Shown here: in pieces, positions 54,172-63,289 of the stretch
Numbering within the stretch: the stretch's first letter is position 1
Layout: each line of letters starts with the position of its first letter
Source of the DNA: Bacteroidia bacterium
GTDB taxonomy: Bacteria > Bacteroidota > Bacteroidia > JANWJV01
Direction: 5' to 3'
Length of the DNA stretch: 64,000 nt
NCBI GenBank assembly: GCA_025451785.1
Contig: JANWJV010000001.1
Location: forward strand, 1,136 to 65,135
The notes under the pieces: generated by a model
What the model was told of the DNA's origin: nothing
Databases searched by the model: none
What the model saw: only the letters and a program-made list of their open reading frames with translations
Translations under genes and position numbers: made by a program

Positions 54172-56769
54172 ATGGAAATTGAATATGTAGGAGAGCGCCT
54201 TCTGCCCGGACAATTAGGGAATGCTTTTCTTATCCTCTCCTTCGTTGCTTCGCTCGTGGCGGCCATCGCCTATTTCTTCGCGGAGAAAGATCAGTTAGGA
54301 ACCAGTTGGAAGAACACCGGCCGCTGGGCTTTCAGGATCCATTTTATTTCGGTATTGGGAATGATCGGCACTCTTTTCTGGATGCTGTTCAATCATTACT
54401 TTGAATACGAGTACGTGTGGCACCATTCCAATACGGCTATGCCCATGCGTTATATCATGAGCTGCTTTTGGGAAGGCCAGGAAGGCAGCTTCCTGCTCTG
54501 GATCTTCTGGCAAAGCTTATTAGGCCTTATCCTTATTCGCAGCGCAAAGGATTTTGAAGCGCCGGTTATGAGCGTAGTATCGCTGGCACAGGCCTTCCTC
54601 GGCACCATGCTGCTGGGAGTGTATGTGCTCGATTATAAACTGGGAAGCAATCCCTTTACGGTTCTTCTGAGGGAAATGCCCGACTCGGTAAATATGCCTT
54701 TGTTCACGAATACCAAGGCAGCAGCTGACGGGCATCTTTATAATGATTACCTGAGCAAGCTCGATGGCCGCGGCCTTAACCTATTGCTGCAGAACTACTG
54801 GATGACCATCCACCCTCCTACTCTTTTCCTGGGCTTTGCCTTAACGCTTGTTCCCTTCGCGTATGCCATTGCGGGGCTTTGGACCAAACGTTTGCACGAA
54901 TGGCAAACGCCGGCCCTGCCCTGGACCTTCTTTGGGGTAATGGTATTGGGAACAGGTATCCTTATGGGCGGCGCCTGGGCTTACGAAGCGCTTAGCTTCG
55001 GCGGATTCTGGGCCTGGGACCCTGTGGAGAACGCGTCATTGGTGCCCTGGCTCACCTTTGTGGCCTCGGCCCACGTAATGATCATCAGCCGGAAAAAAGG
55101 CGGCTCGCTGTACGCTACTTTCCTGCTTACAAGTATTACCTACATTCTTATCCTGTATTCCACCTTCCTTACCCGCAGCGGAATATTGGGTGATACCTCC
55201 GTACACTCTTTCACTGACCTGGGTCTGCTTCGGCAATTGTTATTCTACCTGCTCTTCTTTGTAGCGCTCACCATTTATTTGCTCCTGCTCGATAAACAAA
55301 CAAGATTGGTATATGGAGTATTGTGTTTATTGATCTTTACCTTCCTGTTCTTTGTTCCCGGTGCGGCTTCTGTATCGTCTATCACCTTTGCGGCTGTTTC
55401 GTTGATCGCCCTGTTCTATGGCTACTTCAGGTTCTTTCCTAAGGAAACCGAAGAAGAAGACCTTTGGTCGAGGGAGTTTTGGATGTTCATAGGAGCGCTT
55501 GTGCTTGTCATCTCTTCCTGCCAGATCATCCTGGAAACATCGCAGCCCGTGATCAATAAAATATTTGGCTGGACAAAAGCGCCGCGGAAAGATGCCATCG
55601 CGTATTATAATCAGTGGCAGGTAGCCTTCGCTATTCTCGTCGCCTTGCTTATTGCCACCGGACAGTTCTTTCGCTTTAAGAAGACCGAGATAAAAGTGTT
55701 CCTGAAAAAGATATCCCTTTCCTTTGCTTTATCGGCCCTGCTCTCCGGGCTCATGATGTGGGGTCTTGGGTTGAAGAACGTGTTTTATTGCACCCTGCTT
55801 TTCTGCTCTGTGTTCGCGGTACTGGCTAATATGGATTATTTTATTCGCGTTCTCAAAGGCAGCATTTCTAAAGCCGGCGCCTCGGTAGCGCATGCAGGTT
55901 TCGGCCTTATCCTGCTGGGAGTACTTATCTCCACTTCCAAAAAGGACATTATCTCGATAAATACTTCAGGCAAGGACATTGAAAGCCTCGGGACGTCCAA
56001 TAAAACCAACATCCTTCTTAACCAAGGCGATACTCTTAAGATGGGCGATTATTTTGTTACCTATACCAGCAAGGATTTCGAAGGGCCTAATGTTTATTTT
56101 AACATTGAGTATTATTCGAAGGACGCAGCGGGTGTTATGAAGCATGAGTTCACGTTAAGGCCCCGTCTGCAGACCAGTAAGAACGAGAACATGGGCATGG
56201 TGCCCGAACCTGATACGCGGCATTTTTTGCATAAGGATATTTACACCCATGTAACCTTTGTGGAACCTGAGTCGCTGAAGAAGAAAAAAGCAGCCTCCGA
56301 TGAATACGGTCCGCCCTCAGCCTTCAGCATCAAGCGGGGCGATTCACTTTTCTCCTCCAATAGTATTATCGTACTCGAGGAGATCGATACTAAACGGAGC
56401 CTGGATTCCATGAAGCGCTTTGGCATTACCGAAGGCGATATATGGGTGGTGGCGAAACTGAAGGCCGTTGATATCAAGAAGAAGCTGCGTTATGCCGAGC
56501 CGGTGTATGTGATCCGCGGTAACGAAACGCATACGATCCTCGCCGAGATAAAAGAGCTGGGCCTGCGATTTGCTTTCGAGAAGGTAGATCCTAACACCGG
56601 TACCTTTACCATCTCGCTGATGGAGAAGAATTCCAACAAGCAGGACTTCATTGTGATGGAAGCCATCATTTTTCCCTGGATCAATGTGTTGTGGCTGGGC
56701 TGTATCATTATGATCATCGGTACGGTGATCGCTGTCATAGAAAGGATACGAAAGCTGAAACATGGCTAA
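54172..56769 (+). CDS. ccmF: Cytochrome c synthetase CcmF (long form)
   Basis: YVWHHS, WEGQEGSFLLW, GLNLLLQNYWMTIHPP, GGAWAYEALSFGGFWAWDPVENASL, TRSG..SVHSF, AHAG, FPWINVLWLG. Confidence 0.93.
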   Translation: MEIEYVGERLLPGQLGNAFLILSFVASLVAAIAYFFAEKDQLGTSWKNTGRWAFRIHFISVLGMIGTLFWMLFNHYFEYEYVWHHSNTAMPMRYIMSCFWEGQEGSFLLWIFWQSLLGLILIRSAKDFEAPVMSVVSLAQAFLGTMLLGVYVLDYKLGSNPFTVLLREMPDSVNMPLFTNTKAAADGHLYNDYLSKLDGRGLNLLLQNYWMTIHPPTLFLGFALTLVPFAYAIAGLWTKRLHEWQTPALPWTFFGVMVLGTGILMGGAWAYEALSFGGFWAWDPVENASLVPWLTFVASAHVMIISRKKGGSLYATFLLTSITYILILYSTFLTRSGILGDTSVHSFTDLGLLRQLLFYLLFFVALTIYLLLLDKQTRLVYGVLCLLIFTFLFFVPGAASVSSITFAAVSLIALFYGYFRFFPKETEEEDLWSREFWMFIGALVLVISSCQIILETSQPVINKIFGWTKAPRKDAIAYYNQWQVAFAILVALLIATGQFFRFKKTEIKVFLKKISLSFALSALLSGLMMWGLGLKNVFYCTLLFCSVFAVLANMDYFIRVLKGSISKAGASVAHAGFGLILLGVLISTSKKDIISINTSGKDIESLGTSNKTNILLNQGDTLKMGDYFVTYTSKDFEGPNVYFNIEYYSKDAAGVMKHEFTLRPRLQTSKNENMGMVPEPDTRHFLHKDIYTHVTFVEPESLKKKKAASDEYGPPSAFSIKRGDSLFSSNSIIVLEEIDTKRSLDSMKRFGITEGDIWVVAKLKAVDIKKKLRYAEPVYVIRGNETHTILAEIKELGLRFAFEKVDPNTGTFTISLMEKNSNKQDFIVMEAIIFPWINVLWLGCIIMIIGTVIAVIERIRKLKHG

Positions 56770-57526
56770 GCGCGTTATACTTATCGGCGCCGGCAATGTG
56801 GCAAGCCACCTGGGACCTGCGCTTAAAAAGAAAGGCTATTCTGTTGTGCAGGTATACAGCCGTACGAAAGCCGCTGCCATTCTGCTTGCAAAGAAAACAG
56901 GCGCGCAAGCCGTTACCAACCTGCGTTCATTGAAGGAAGCCGATATTATTATCATTTCCGTAAAGGACGATGCCCTTCCCAAAGTTGCGGCGCAGATAAG
57001 GACAAAAGCTTTGGTGCTTCATACTTCCGGTCCGCTGGGGTTGGGTGTTTTAAAAAAATGTTCTCCTCATACAGGCGTTCTCTACCCTTTGCAAACATTC
57101 TCCAAAGAGGAAACCGTTGACATGAAAAGTGTGCCTTTGTGCATTGAGGCTAACAGTAAGCAGGCCTGGGCCGATCTTACAGAACTTGCGCTGAAACTTT
57201 CAGGTACTGCCTACAAAGTAAATTCAGCGAAGAGAGAAACACTTCATTTGGCGGCGGTGTTCGCCTGTAATTTCACCAATCACTTTTATGGGATCGCCGA
57301 GAAGCTGATGAAGCAAAAGGGAATGCCTTTCTATTTGCTCAATCCGCTTATTGCCGAAACCATGCGTAAGGCATCGCATGGCGATCCCATAAAAATGCAA
57401 ACGGGCCCGGCGGTACGCGGCGATAAGAAGACAATGAGCAAACACCTGGCATTGCTTAAAAAGGAGCCGGAACTGCAGCGCCTGTATCGTTTGCTGAGCA
57501 AGAGCATTATGAGAAATAAACCCTAA
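56762..57526 (+). CDS. Rossmann-like plus DUF2520 domain oxidoreductase
   Basis: IGAGNVA, SVKDD, HTSG, YPLQTFS, LHLAAVFACNFTNH, QTGPAVRGD. Confidence 0.88.
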   Translation: MAKRVILIGAGNVASHLGPALKKKGYSVVQVYSRTKAAAILLAKKTGAQAVTNLRSLKEADIIIISVKDDALPKVAAQIRTKALVLHTSGPLGLGVLKKCSPHTGVLYPLQTFSKEETVDMKSVPLCIEANSKQAWADLTELALKLSGTAYKVNSAKRETLHLAAVFACNFTNHFYGIAEKLMKQKGMPFYLLNPLIAETMRKASHGDPIKMQTGPAVRGDKKTMSKHLALLKKEPELQRLYRLLSKSIMRNKP

Positions 57527-57535
57527 TTTTGAAGC

Positions 57536-58051
57536 ATGCCCGATAACTTCAAACAGCTCCTCGGAAATATCAAGGCTTTTGTATTCGATGTGGACGGTGT
57601 ATTGACCGATGGTTCACTATTGCTTTTACCCGGCGGCGAACAGGCCCGCACCATGAATATCCGCGACGGCTATGCGCTGCAGCTTGCGGCGAAGAAAGGT
57701 TACCAGATCGCGGTAATTACTGGTGGTCGTTCTGAAGAAGTGAAAAAGCGCTTGAAGGGCCTGGGTGTTACCAGCATTTATCTCGACGCGCAGATCAAGA
57801 TAGAAGCCTACAACGATTTTGTTGCCTCCTATAGCCTTAAAAAGGAAGAGATCCTCTATATGGGCGACGACCTGCCGGATGAAGAAGTGATGATGAAAGT
57901 GGGTGTGCCCGCTTGTCCTAAAGATGCGGCTCCTGAGATTCGGGCGATCAGTATTTATATCTCTGATAAAAAAGGCGGCGAGGGTTGTGTGCGTGATGTG
58001 ATCGAACAAGTGATGCGCCTCCATGGCAAATGGGAGGCCGAAAGATCGTAG
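57536..58051 (+). CDS. kdsC: KdsC/YrbI-family HAD phosphatase
   Basis: FDVDGVLTDG, RDG, ITG, YMGDDLPD, GGEGCVRDVIE. Confidence 0.85.
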   Translation: MPDNFKQLLGNIKAFVFDVDGVLTDGSLLLLPGGEQARTMNIRDGYALQLAAKKGYQIAVITGGRSEEVKKRLKGLGVTSIYLDAQIKIEAYNDFVASYSLKKEEILYMGDDLPDEEVMMKVGVPACPKDAAPEIRAISIYISDKKGGEGCVRDVIEQVMRLHGKWEAERS

Positions 58052-58054
58052 ACC

Positions 58055-59008
58055 ATGATATCATTCCTGAGGCTCATACGCCTGCCTAACCTGTTGATCA
58101 TCGCGGGCACCCAATACCTGATGAGGTATTGTGTGGTGCAGCCCTTGCTGGCCACCGCGGGATTGGAGCTTCAGCTCAGTCATTTTGATTTTTTCCTGCT
58201 CTGCCTCTCCACTGTCATGATCGCGGCGGCAGGCTATGTTATTAACGATTATTTCGATACCAAGACCGACATTATCAATCGCCCCGAAAGTGTTGTGATC
58301 GATAAAGGGGTGAAACGCCGTGTGGCGATGGGCGCGCATTCGGTGATCAATTTTGCAGGTGTGGTACTGGGGTTTTATGCCGGCTATAAGGCAGGACTTT
58401 ACAAGCTGGGTGTCATTCATTTTGTGAGCGCGGGCCTGTTGTGGTTTTACTCTACCGATTTTAAGCGGCAACTTATTGTAGGAAACATTGTTGTATCGGT
58501 GCTCACAGCCCTGGTGCCTATGCTGGTGGTATTGTATGACATGCCCCGCATTAATGTTCACTATTACCTGGAGCTGGTGCAATCGGGCATTAACCTGAAC
58601 TTCATCACCCGCTTTGTTGCCGCCTTCGCGCTGTTTGCCTTCCTTACCTCGCTCATACGCGAGATCATTAAGGACATGGAAGACATGGAAGGCGACGCGG
58701 CCATCGGCTGTAAAACCATTCCGCTCTCTTTCGGGATCAGGACCTCTAAGACAATTGTCATCCTCCTGGTGCTTTCCACCTGCGTGCTGCTCGGCCTTAT
58801 ACAGTTGAAGCAATACGAGGCCGGCGACCTTCTTTCGTTTGCTTATCTCTCGGCAGGTGTGCAGGTCCCTATGCTGATACTCGCAGGGCTTGTGCTCAGG
58901 GCCTCAGCACCGAAACATTACCACAACGCCAGCGTGTTCATAAAAGTGATCATGCTTACAGGGGTGTTGTATTCATTCATTGTTTATTACAGTTTGCTTC
59001 CTAAGTGA
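58055..59008 (+). CDS. UbiA-family prenyltransferase (DGGGP synthase-like subfamily)
   Basis: LIRLPNL, GYVINDYFD...D.INRP, YS..FK, REIIKDMEDMEGD, multiple TMs. Confidence 0.88.
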   Translation: MISFLRLIRLPNLLIIAGTQYLMRYCVVQPLLATAGLELQLSHFDFFLLCLSTVMIAAAGYVINDYFDTKTDIINRPESVVIDKGVKRRVAMGAHSVINFAGVVLGFYAGYKAGLYKLGVIHFVSAGLLWFYSTDFKRQLIVGNIVVSVLTALVPMLVVLYDMPRINVHYYLELVQSGINLNFITRFVAAFALFAFLTSLIREIIKDMEDMEGDAAIGCKTIPLSFGIRTSKTIVILLVLSTCVLLGLIQLKQYEAGDLLSFAYLSAGVQVPMLILAGLVLRASAPKHYHNASVFIKVIMLTGVLYSFIVYYSLLPK

Positions 59009-59664
59009 GTCAACCTTCTCTCCTGCTCGCTTCCAAGTCACCGCGTAGGCAATTCCTGATGAAGGAGTTGGGTTACCACTTCACCGTAAGGACAAAGGAG
59101 ACCGACGAATCATTCCCAGCTGACCTTAAGGCGCAGGAGATCGCGCTTTTTCTTTGTAAGAAAAAAGCCGCTGCTTTTGATGCGGAACTTAAGGAGAACA
59201 CTCTTCTTCTAACCGCCGACACCATTGTGTGGGTACAGGGCAATGTGCTTAACAAACCGGCCGACGAAAAGGAAGCGCTGGAAATGCTGATGATGCTCTC
59301 AGGGAAAATGCATGAAGTGTTTACAGGTATCTGCCTGAAAAGCAACAAGACCGAAAAGGTCTTCTTTGTGCGAAGTGAAGTTTGTTTTAAACCGCTTAAC
59401 GAAGAGCAGGTATTGCGTTATGTTCGCGAGCGTTCTCCATTTGACAAGGCGGGATCGTATGGCGCGCAAGAATGTCTGCCAGAAGGCATGGATCCTTGCT
59501 CGGAAGAGGAGCGTTACTTTCTCCGCAAAGCGGGTAAACCCAACCTTGCCGAGCTCAGCAAGGGCCCGCATTACGGTTTCATCGATAAGATACAAGGTTC
59601 CTATTTCAATGTGATGGGGCTGCCCGTTGTTGAGCTCTCCAGGGAGCTGAAACTTTTTTCTTAG
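59005..59664 (+). CDS. maf: Maf-family nucleoside triphosphate pyrophosphatase (YhdE type) with an internal insertion
   Basis: LASKSPRR, ADTIV, KP, LSGKMHEVFTG, DKAGSYGAQ, GSYFNVMGLP. GTG start overlaps the upstream stop. Confidence 0.9.
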   Translation: MSQPSLLLASKSPRRQFLMKELGYHFTVRTKETDESFPADLKAQEIALFLCKKKAAAFDAELKENTLLLTADTIVWVQGNVLNKPADEKEALEMLMMLSGKMHEVFTGICLKSNKTEKVFFVRSEVCFKPLNEEQVLRYVRERSPFDKAGSYGAQECLPEGMDPCSEEERYFLRKAGKPNLAELSKGPHYGFIDKIQGSYFNVMGLPVVELSRELKLFS

Positions 59665-59790
59665 CGCTTACCTCCCCAAGGACTGCTTTGGATAAATAGA
59701 TGCCGCCTTATTCTCAAAACGTGCATAAAATTTATTTCGCGGTATTGCTCTTCGGGACCTCCCTTCCTACCTTTATGGAAAATCACGAAC

Positions 59791-59976
59791 ATGAGATCCC
59801 TTACGCTCATCGCCATTTTCCTAAGCCTGTTCCTCATCGCGCTGCTGCTCATTAGTTTTGATCCCGGCAGCGCCATTGACGACCGCAACGCGCTTTCAGT
59901 GGGGGCGCTCAGCATAGCGGTGTACCTGTTTGTTTATTCGATCGTGGTTGCCATGCGTTCGAAGATCAAGCAATAA
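59791..59976 (+). CDS. Small two-TM hypothetical membrane protein
   Basis: 61 aa, two clear hydrophobic helices and a basic C-terminus. Fills an intergenic gap. Confidence 0.6.
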   Translation: MRSLTLIAIFLSLFLIALLLISFDPGSAIDDRNALSVGALSIAVYLFVYSIVVAMRSKIKQ

Positions 59977-60022
59977 GTACCCTTTTCAGGCCCCGTATTT
60001 CCAATAATCGTATTTTTAGCCC

Positions 60023-60982
60023 ATGAAGAGTCTTTTAAAGGGCATTGTTGATGTATTGATCACCCGAGACGCTAAACGCCGGGGCGACCATAAGCCAAGC
60101 CACAAGGACAGGATGGTGTTCATGATCCACGTGCGCCAGCAATTGGTGGATGCTTTCCTTATCACAGCCGGGATGCTTTCAGCGGGTTTAGGCCTCAAGG
60201 GATTTCTACTGCCGAACGGCTTTATCGACGGCGGCATTACAGGAATATCTCTTTTGCTGGAGAACATCACTCATATTCCGCTGGCGGCATTGATCATCGC
60301 CATTAACGTTCCCTTTATTTTTATGGGCTACCGGAACATCGATAAGATATTCGCTTTCAAAACGCTTACGGCCATTGTAGGTCTTGCGCTCTGCCTCATC
60401 TTCATTCCCTATCCTATCGTTACCTCTGACAAGCTGCTGGTGGCGGTATTCGGGGGGCTTTTTCTCGGGGCGGGCATCGGTCTTGCTATGAGGGGCGGCG
60501 GGGTGATCGACGGAACAGAAGTGCTTGCCATTTCCATCAGCCGTAAGTCCACCATGACGCCCGGCGACGTGATCCTTATTGTGAACATTCTCATTTTTTC
60601 TATCGCGGCCTTTGTGCTTTCTTTCGAGCGGGCGCTCTACTCCATCCTCACCTATTTCGCGGCGGCGAAAACATTGGATTATATAATATCCGGTATCGAG
60701 GAATATACGGGTGTTACCATTATCTCAAGTCATAGTGAACAGATCCGTAAAATGATCACTGAGGAACTCGGCCGCGGCGCTACTATTTACCAGGGGAAGA
60801 GAGGTTACGGGACCCATGGCCATAAGCTCGATCAAACAGAGATCATCTTTACAGTGGTAACGCGCCTTGAGATATCAAAATTGAAGGCCGAGATCGAGAA
60901 GATAGATACGCAGGCCTTTGTGGTGATGCACAGCATTAAGGATACCAAAGGCGGTATGATCAAGAAGCGCCCGCTTCACTAA
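60023..60982 (+). CDS. YitT-family membrane protein (DUF161/DUF2179)
   Basis: FLLPNGFIDGGITGIS, NVPF, GGLFLGAGIGL..RGG..DGTE, RGAT..G..GY, IDTQAFV. Confidence 0.9.
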   Translation: MKSLLKGIVDVLITRDAKRRGDHKPSHKDRMVFMIHVRQQLVDAFLITAGMLSAGLGLKGFLLPNGFIDGGITGISLLLENITHIPLAALIIAINVPFIFMGYRNIDKIFAFKTLTAIVGLALCLIFIPYPIVTSDKLLVAVFGGLFLGAGIGLAMRGGGVIDGTEVLAISISRKSTMTPGDVILIVNILIFSIAAFVLSFERALYSILTYFAAAKTLDYIISGIEEYTGVTIISSHSEQIRKMITEELGRGATIYQGKRGYGTHGHKLDQTEIIFTVVTRLEISKLKAEIEKIDTQAFVVMHSIKDTKGGMIKKRPLH

Positions 60983-61229
60983 GCGAACTGCCGATCGCCC
61001 TTAATTTCGAATTCTTGCTTAGTTTTTTGAAAGCGTATTCGGCCTTGGAGGCTTCCGAGCGGTCAGCGTGCGGCCATAGCGCGAGAAGTTTTACCGGTCC
61101 CCTTCCGCGGGTATATTTTGCTCCCTTTCCGGTGTTGTGCTGTTCCAGTCTCTTAACAATGTGGTTGGTGATGCCGCAGTAAAGCGTATCGTCGGCACAT
61201 TCAAGCAGGTATAAATACCAGATCACCAT
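60960..61229 (-). CDS. GIY-YIG nuclease superfamily protein (UPF0213/YhbQ-like)
   Basis: WYLYLLECADDTLYCGIT...RL.QHN.GKGAKYTRGRGPV...A...E...K. Confidence 0.88.
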   Translation of the reverse strand: MVIWYLYLLECADDTLYCGITNHIVKRLEQHNTGKGAKYTRGRGPVKLLALWPHADRSEASKAEYAFKKLSKNSKLRAIGSSLSEAGAS

Positions 61230-61239
61230 CCGTTCGTGC

Positions 61240-63237
61240 CTAAACCTTTACGCCGATCACCAATACATCGTCCACCTGATCAAGTGTGCCTTTCCAATCA
61301 TTAAAGGCTTTCAACAGGACCGCTTCCTGTTCTTCCATTGGTAGCTCCTGGATGGAAAGAAGCAATTCCTTGAGTGGTTTGTATTTGAATTTTTTTCCTT
61401 TGGGTCCGCCGAACTGGTCGGCATAGCCATCTGAAAAAATATAATAGGTGTCGCCCGCCTTCATTTCCAGCTTATGGCCGATAAATGGATGCGACTGGCC
61501 CATGAAGTAACCGATGGGGCGTTTCGCTGCCTCGTACTCAATTAATTCGTAGTTGGTTGTTTGCTGTTTGTCGTTCCGGCGAACCACCCAAAGAGGATTG
61601 TTGGCGCCAGCAAATTCCACTGTCCCGTTAGCGTCGTCAAAGGCGATAAGGGCAATGTCCATTCCGTCCTTGGCCTCCACCGAATCGCCGGTTTGCTTCA
61701 ATGAGCGGATCACCATATGGCGAAGCTCGCTCAGGATCGTTTCGGGCCGCGTGATACCGCGCTCGTTCACTACTTCATTGAGAAAATCGTTTCCTATAAG
61801 GCTCATGAAGGCGCCCGGCACGCCGTGCCCTGTGCAATCGACCGCGGCGATGAAGCGTTTCCCTCCTTTTTTGGCAAACCAATAGAAGTCGCCGCTCACC
61901 ACATCCCTGGGCTGGAATAGCACAAAGGCATTGGGGAACAAGCTGTACTTGAGCTCCTTTTCTGAAAAGAGCGCTTCCTGGATCTTCTTCGCGTAATTGA
62001 TACTGTCGGTGATATCCTTATTCTTGTCTTCGATGATCTTGTTCTTTTCGGCCAGCGACACATTGGCCCTTTGCTTTTCACGAAAGCTCCGGAAGATGAG
62101 CAGCGCGAGCAGGAATACCAGCACCAGGCCCGCAATAGAGTAGTTTCGCTGCTGTTTCTGCCGGTTCAACTCCGCATCTGCCTGCAGGTCTTTTCGCTCC
62201 TGCTCCAGTTTTTCCTGCGCCTGCTTTTTCTCGTATTCAAAATCCAGTTCGGCCCGCACGCTTTTCTCGAGGTTCGCCTGGTTAAGGATGCTGTCGCGGT
62301 AATCGATATAGAGATCAAAGTGTTTAAGTCCTTTCCTGAAATCCCCTTCGGTGGTATCGAGGCACACCATTTTCTCTAACGTATGTTTCATAGAAGCCTT
62401 AAAGCTCTGTTCGCTCGCGATCTGCGTAGCGCGGTCGAGGTACTGCCTGGCATCTTTGAACTTCCGCATTTTTGTATGAAGACTACCCAGGTTGGTGCAG
62501 GCAGCCGCAATACCTTCCTTATCGCCCAATTCTTCCACAATAGCCAGGGTGCGCTTGTAAATGGCCATGGCGCTGTCCAATTTCCCTTTGGCAAAATAGA
62601 TGTTCCCGATATTATTGAGAGTGCCGGTCATTCCCGCCCGATCGCCGATCTCTTTCTTGATCTCCACCGATTTGTAATAGAATTCCAACGAAAGAGCATC
62701 GTTGTTCATGTCGTAATACACCGTACCAATATTGTTGAGGCTGGCCGCGATCCGTTTTTTATCACCGATCTCTTTGAATATCTCCAGCGACTTCAGGTAA
62801 TTGTCAAGAGCCCTTGGAAGATCAGCGCGTTCCTTAAATACCGACCCGATATTATTGTACGAAGCGGCGATGCCGGGTTTGTCATTCTCAGCAAGCCGTA
62901 TGCGCAGGGCCTGGTAGTTGTTCTCCAGCGATTTGCCGTAATTACCTTTCATGCGGTATAAAATACCCAGGTTATTGAAGGTGGTGGCGGTCATTATCTT
63001 CACACCGCGTTCATTGCCTTTATGCGCAGCCAACAGGGCCATGGCCTGCGAGGAAAAGTTCAGGGCCTTGTCGTATTGCCCGATGGTGATCAGCTGACGG
63101 CTTAGCTTGTTGAGAAGGTCGGCCTTTACAGTATCGACCTTTGCCTCACGCATAATATTCTCGAGCGAGTCAAGCTCGCCTGGCTGTGCAAGCGCCAGGT
63201 AAGGAAGTGAAAATAGTAAGAGAAGGCTTTTCTTCAT
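61240..63237 (-). CDS. Second TPR-TM-SpoIIE/RsbU (PP2C) phosphatase
   Basis: Signal peptide, TPRs (A.S.NNIG..Y), TM helix, ITDSINYAKKIQ, VSGDFYW, DCTGHGVPG, SDGYADQFGG, QVDD. TATGTTTG -7 box at 63269-63276 (minus). Confidence 0.92.
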   Translation of the reverse strand: MKKSLLLLFSLPYLALAQPGELDSLENIMREAKVDTVKADLLNKLSRQLITIGQYDKALNFSSQAMALLAAHKGNERGVKIMTATTFNNLGILYRMKGNYGKSLENNYQALRIRLAENDKPGIAASYNNIGSVFKERADLPRALDNYLKSLEIFKEIGDKKRIAASLNNIGTVYYDMNNDALSLEFYYKSVEIKKEIGDRAGMTGTLNNIGNIYFAKGKLDSAMAIYKRTLAIVEELGDKEGIAAACTNLGSLHTKMRKFKDARQYLDRATQIASEQSFKASMKHTLEKMVCLDTTEGDFRKGLKHFDLYIDYRDSILNQANLEKSVRAELDFEYEKKQAQEKLEQERKDLQADAELNRQKQQRNYSIAGLVLVFLLALLIFRSFREKQRANVSLAEKNKIIEDKNKDITDSINYAKKIQEALFSEKELKYSLFPNAFVLFQPRDVVSGDFYWFAKKGGKRFIAAVDCTGHGVPGAFMSLIGNDFLNEVVNERGITRPETILSELRHMVIRSLKQTGDSVEAKDGMDIALIAFDDANGTVEFAGANNPLWVVRRNDKQQTTNYELIEYEAAKRPIGYFMGQSHPFIGHKLEMKAGDTYYIFSDGYADQFGGPKGKKFKYKPLKELLLSIQELPMEEQEAVLLKAFNDWKGTLDQVDDVLVIGVKV

Positions 63238-63289
63238 CCGGTAAGGGTGCCGAAACGAGGGTTCTTACCAAACATACAAAAATTCCGGC

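Noticed and set aside
60960..61229. GIY-YIG gene as a homing endonuclease or mobile element
   Set aside because: It is the 89-aa stand-alone YhbQ-like form, with no DNA-binding extension, intron context or flanking repeats.
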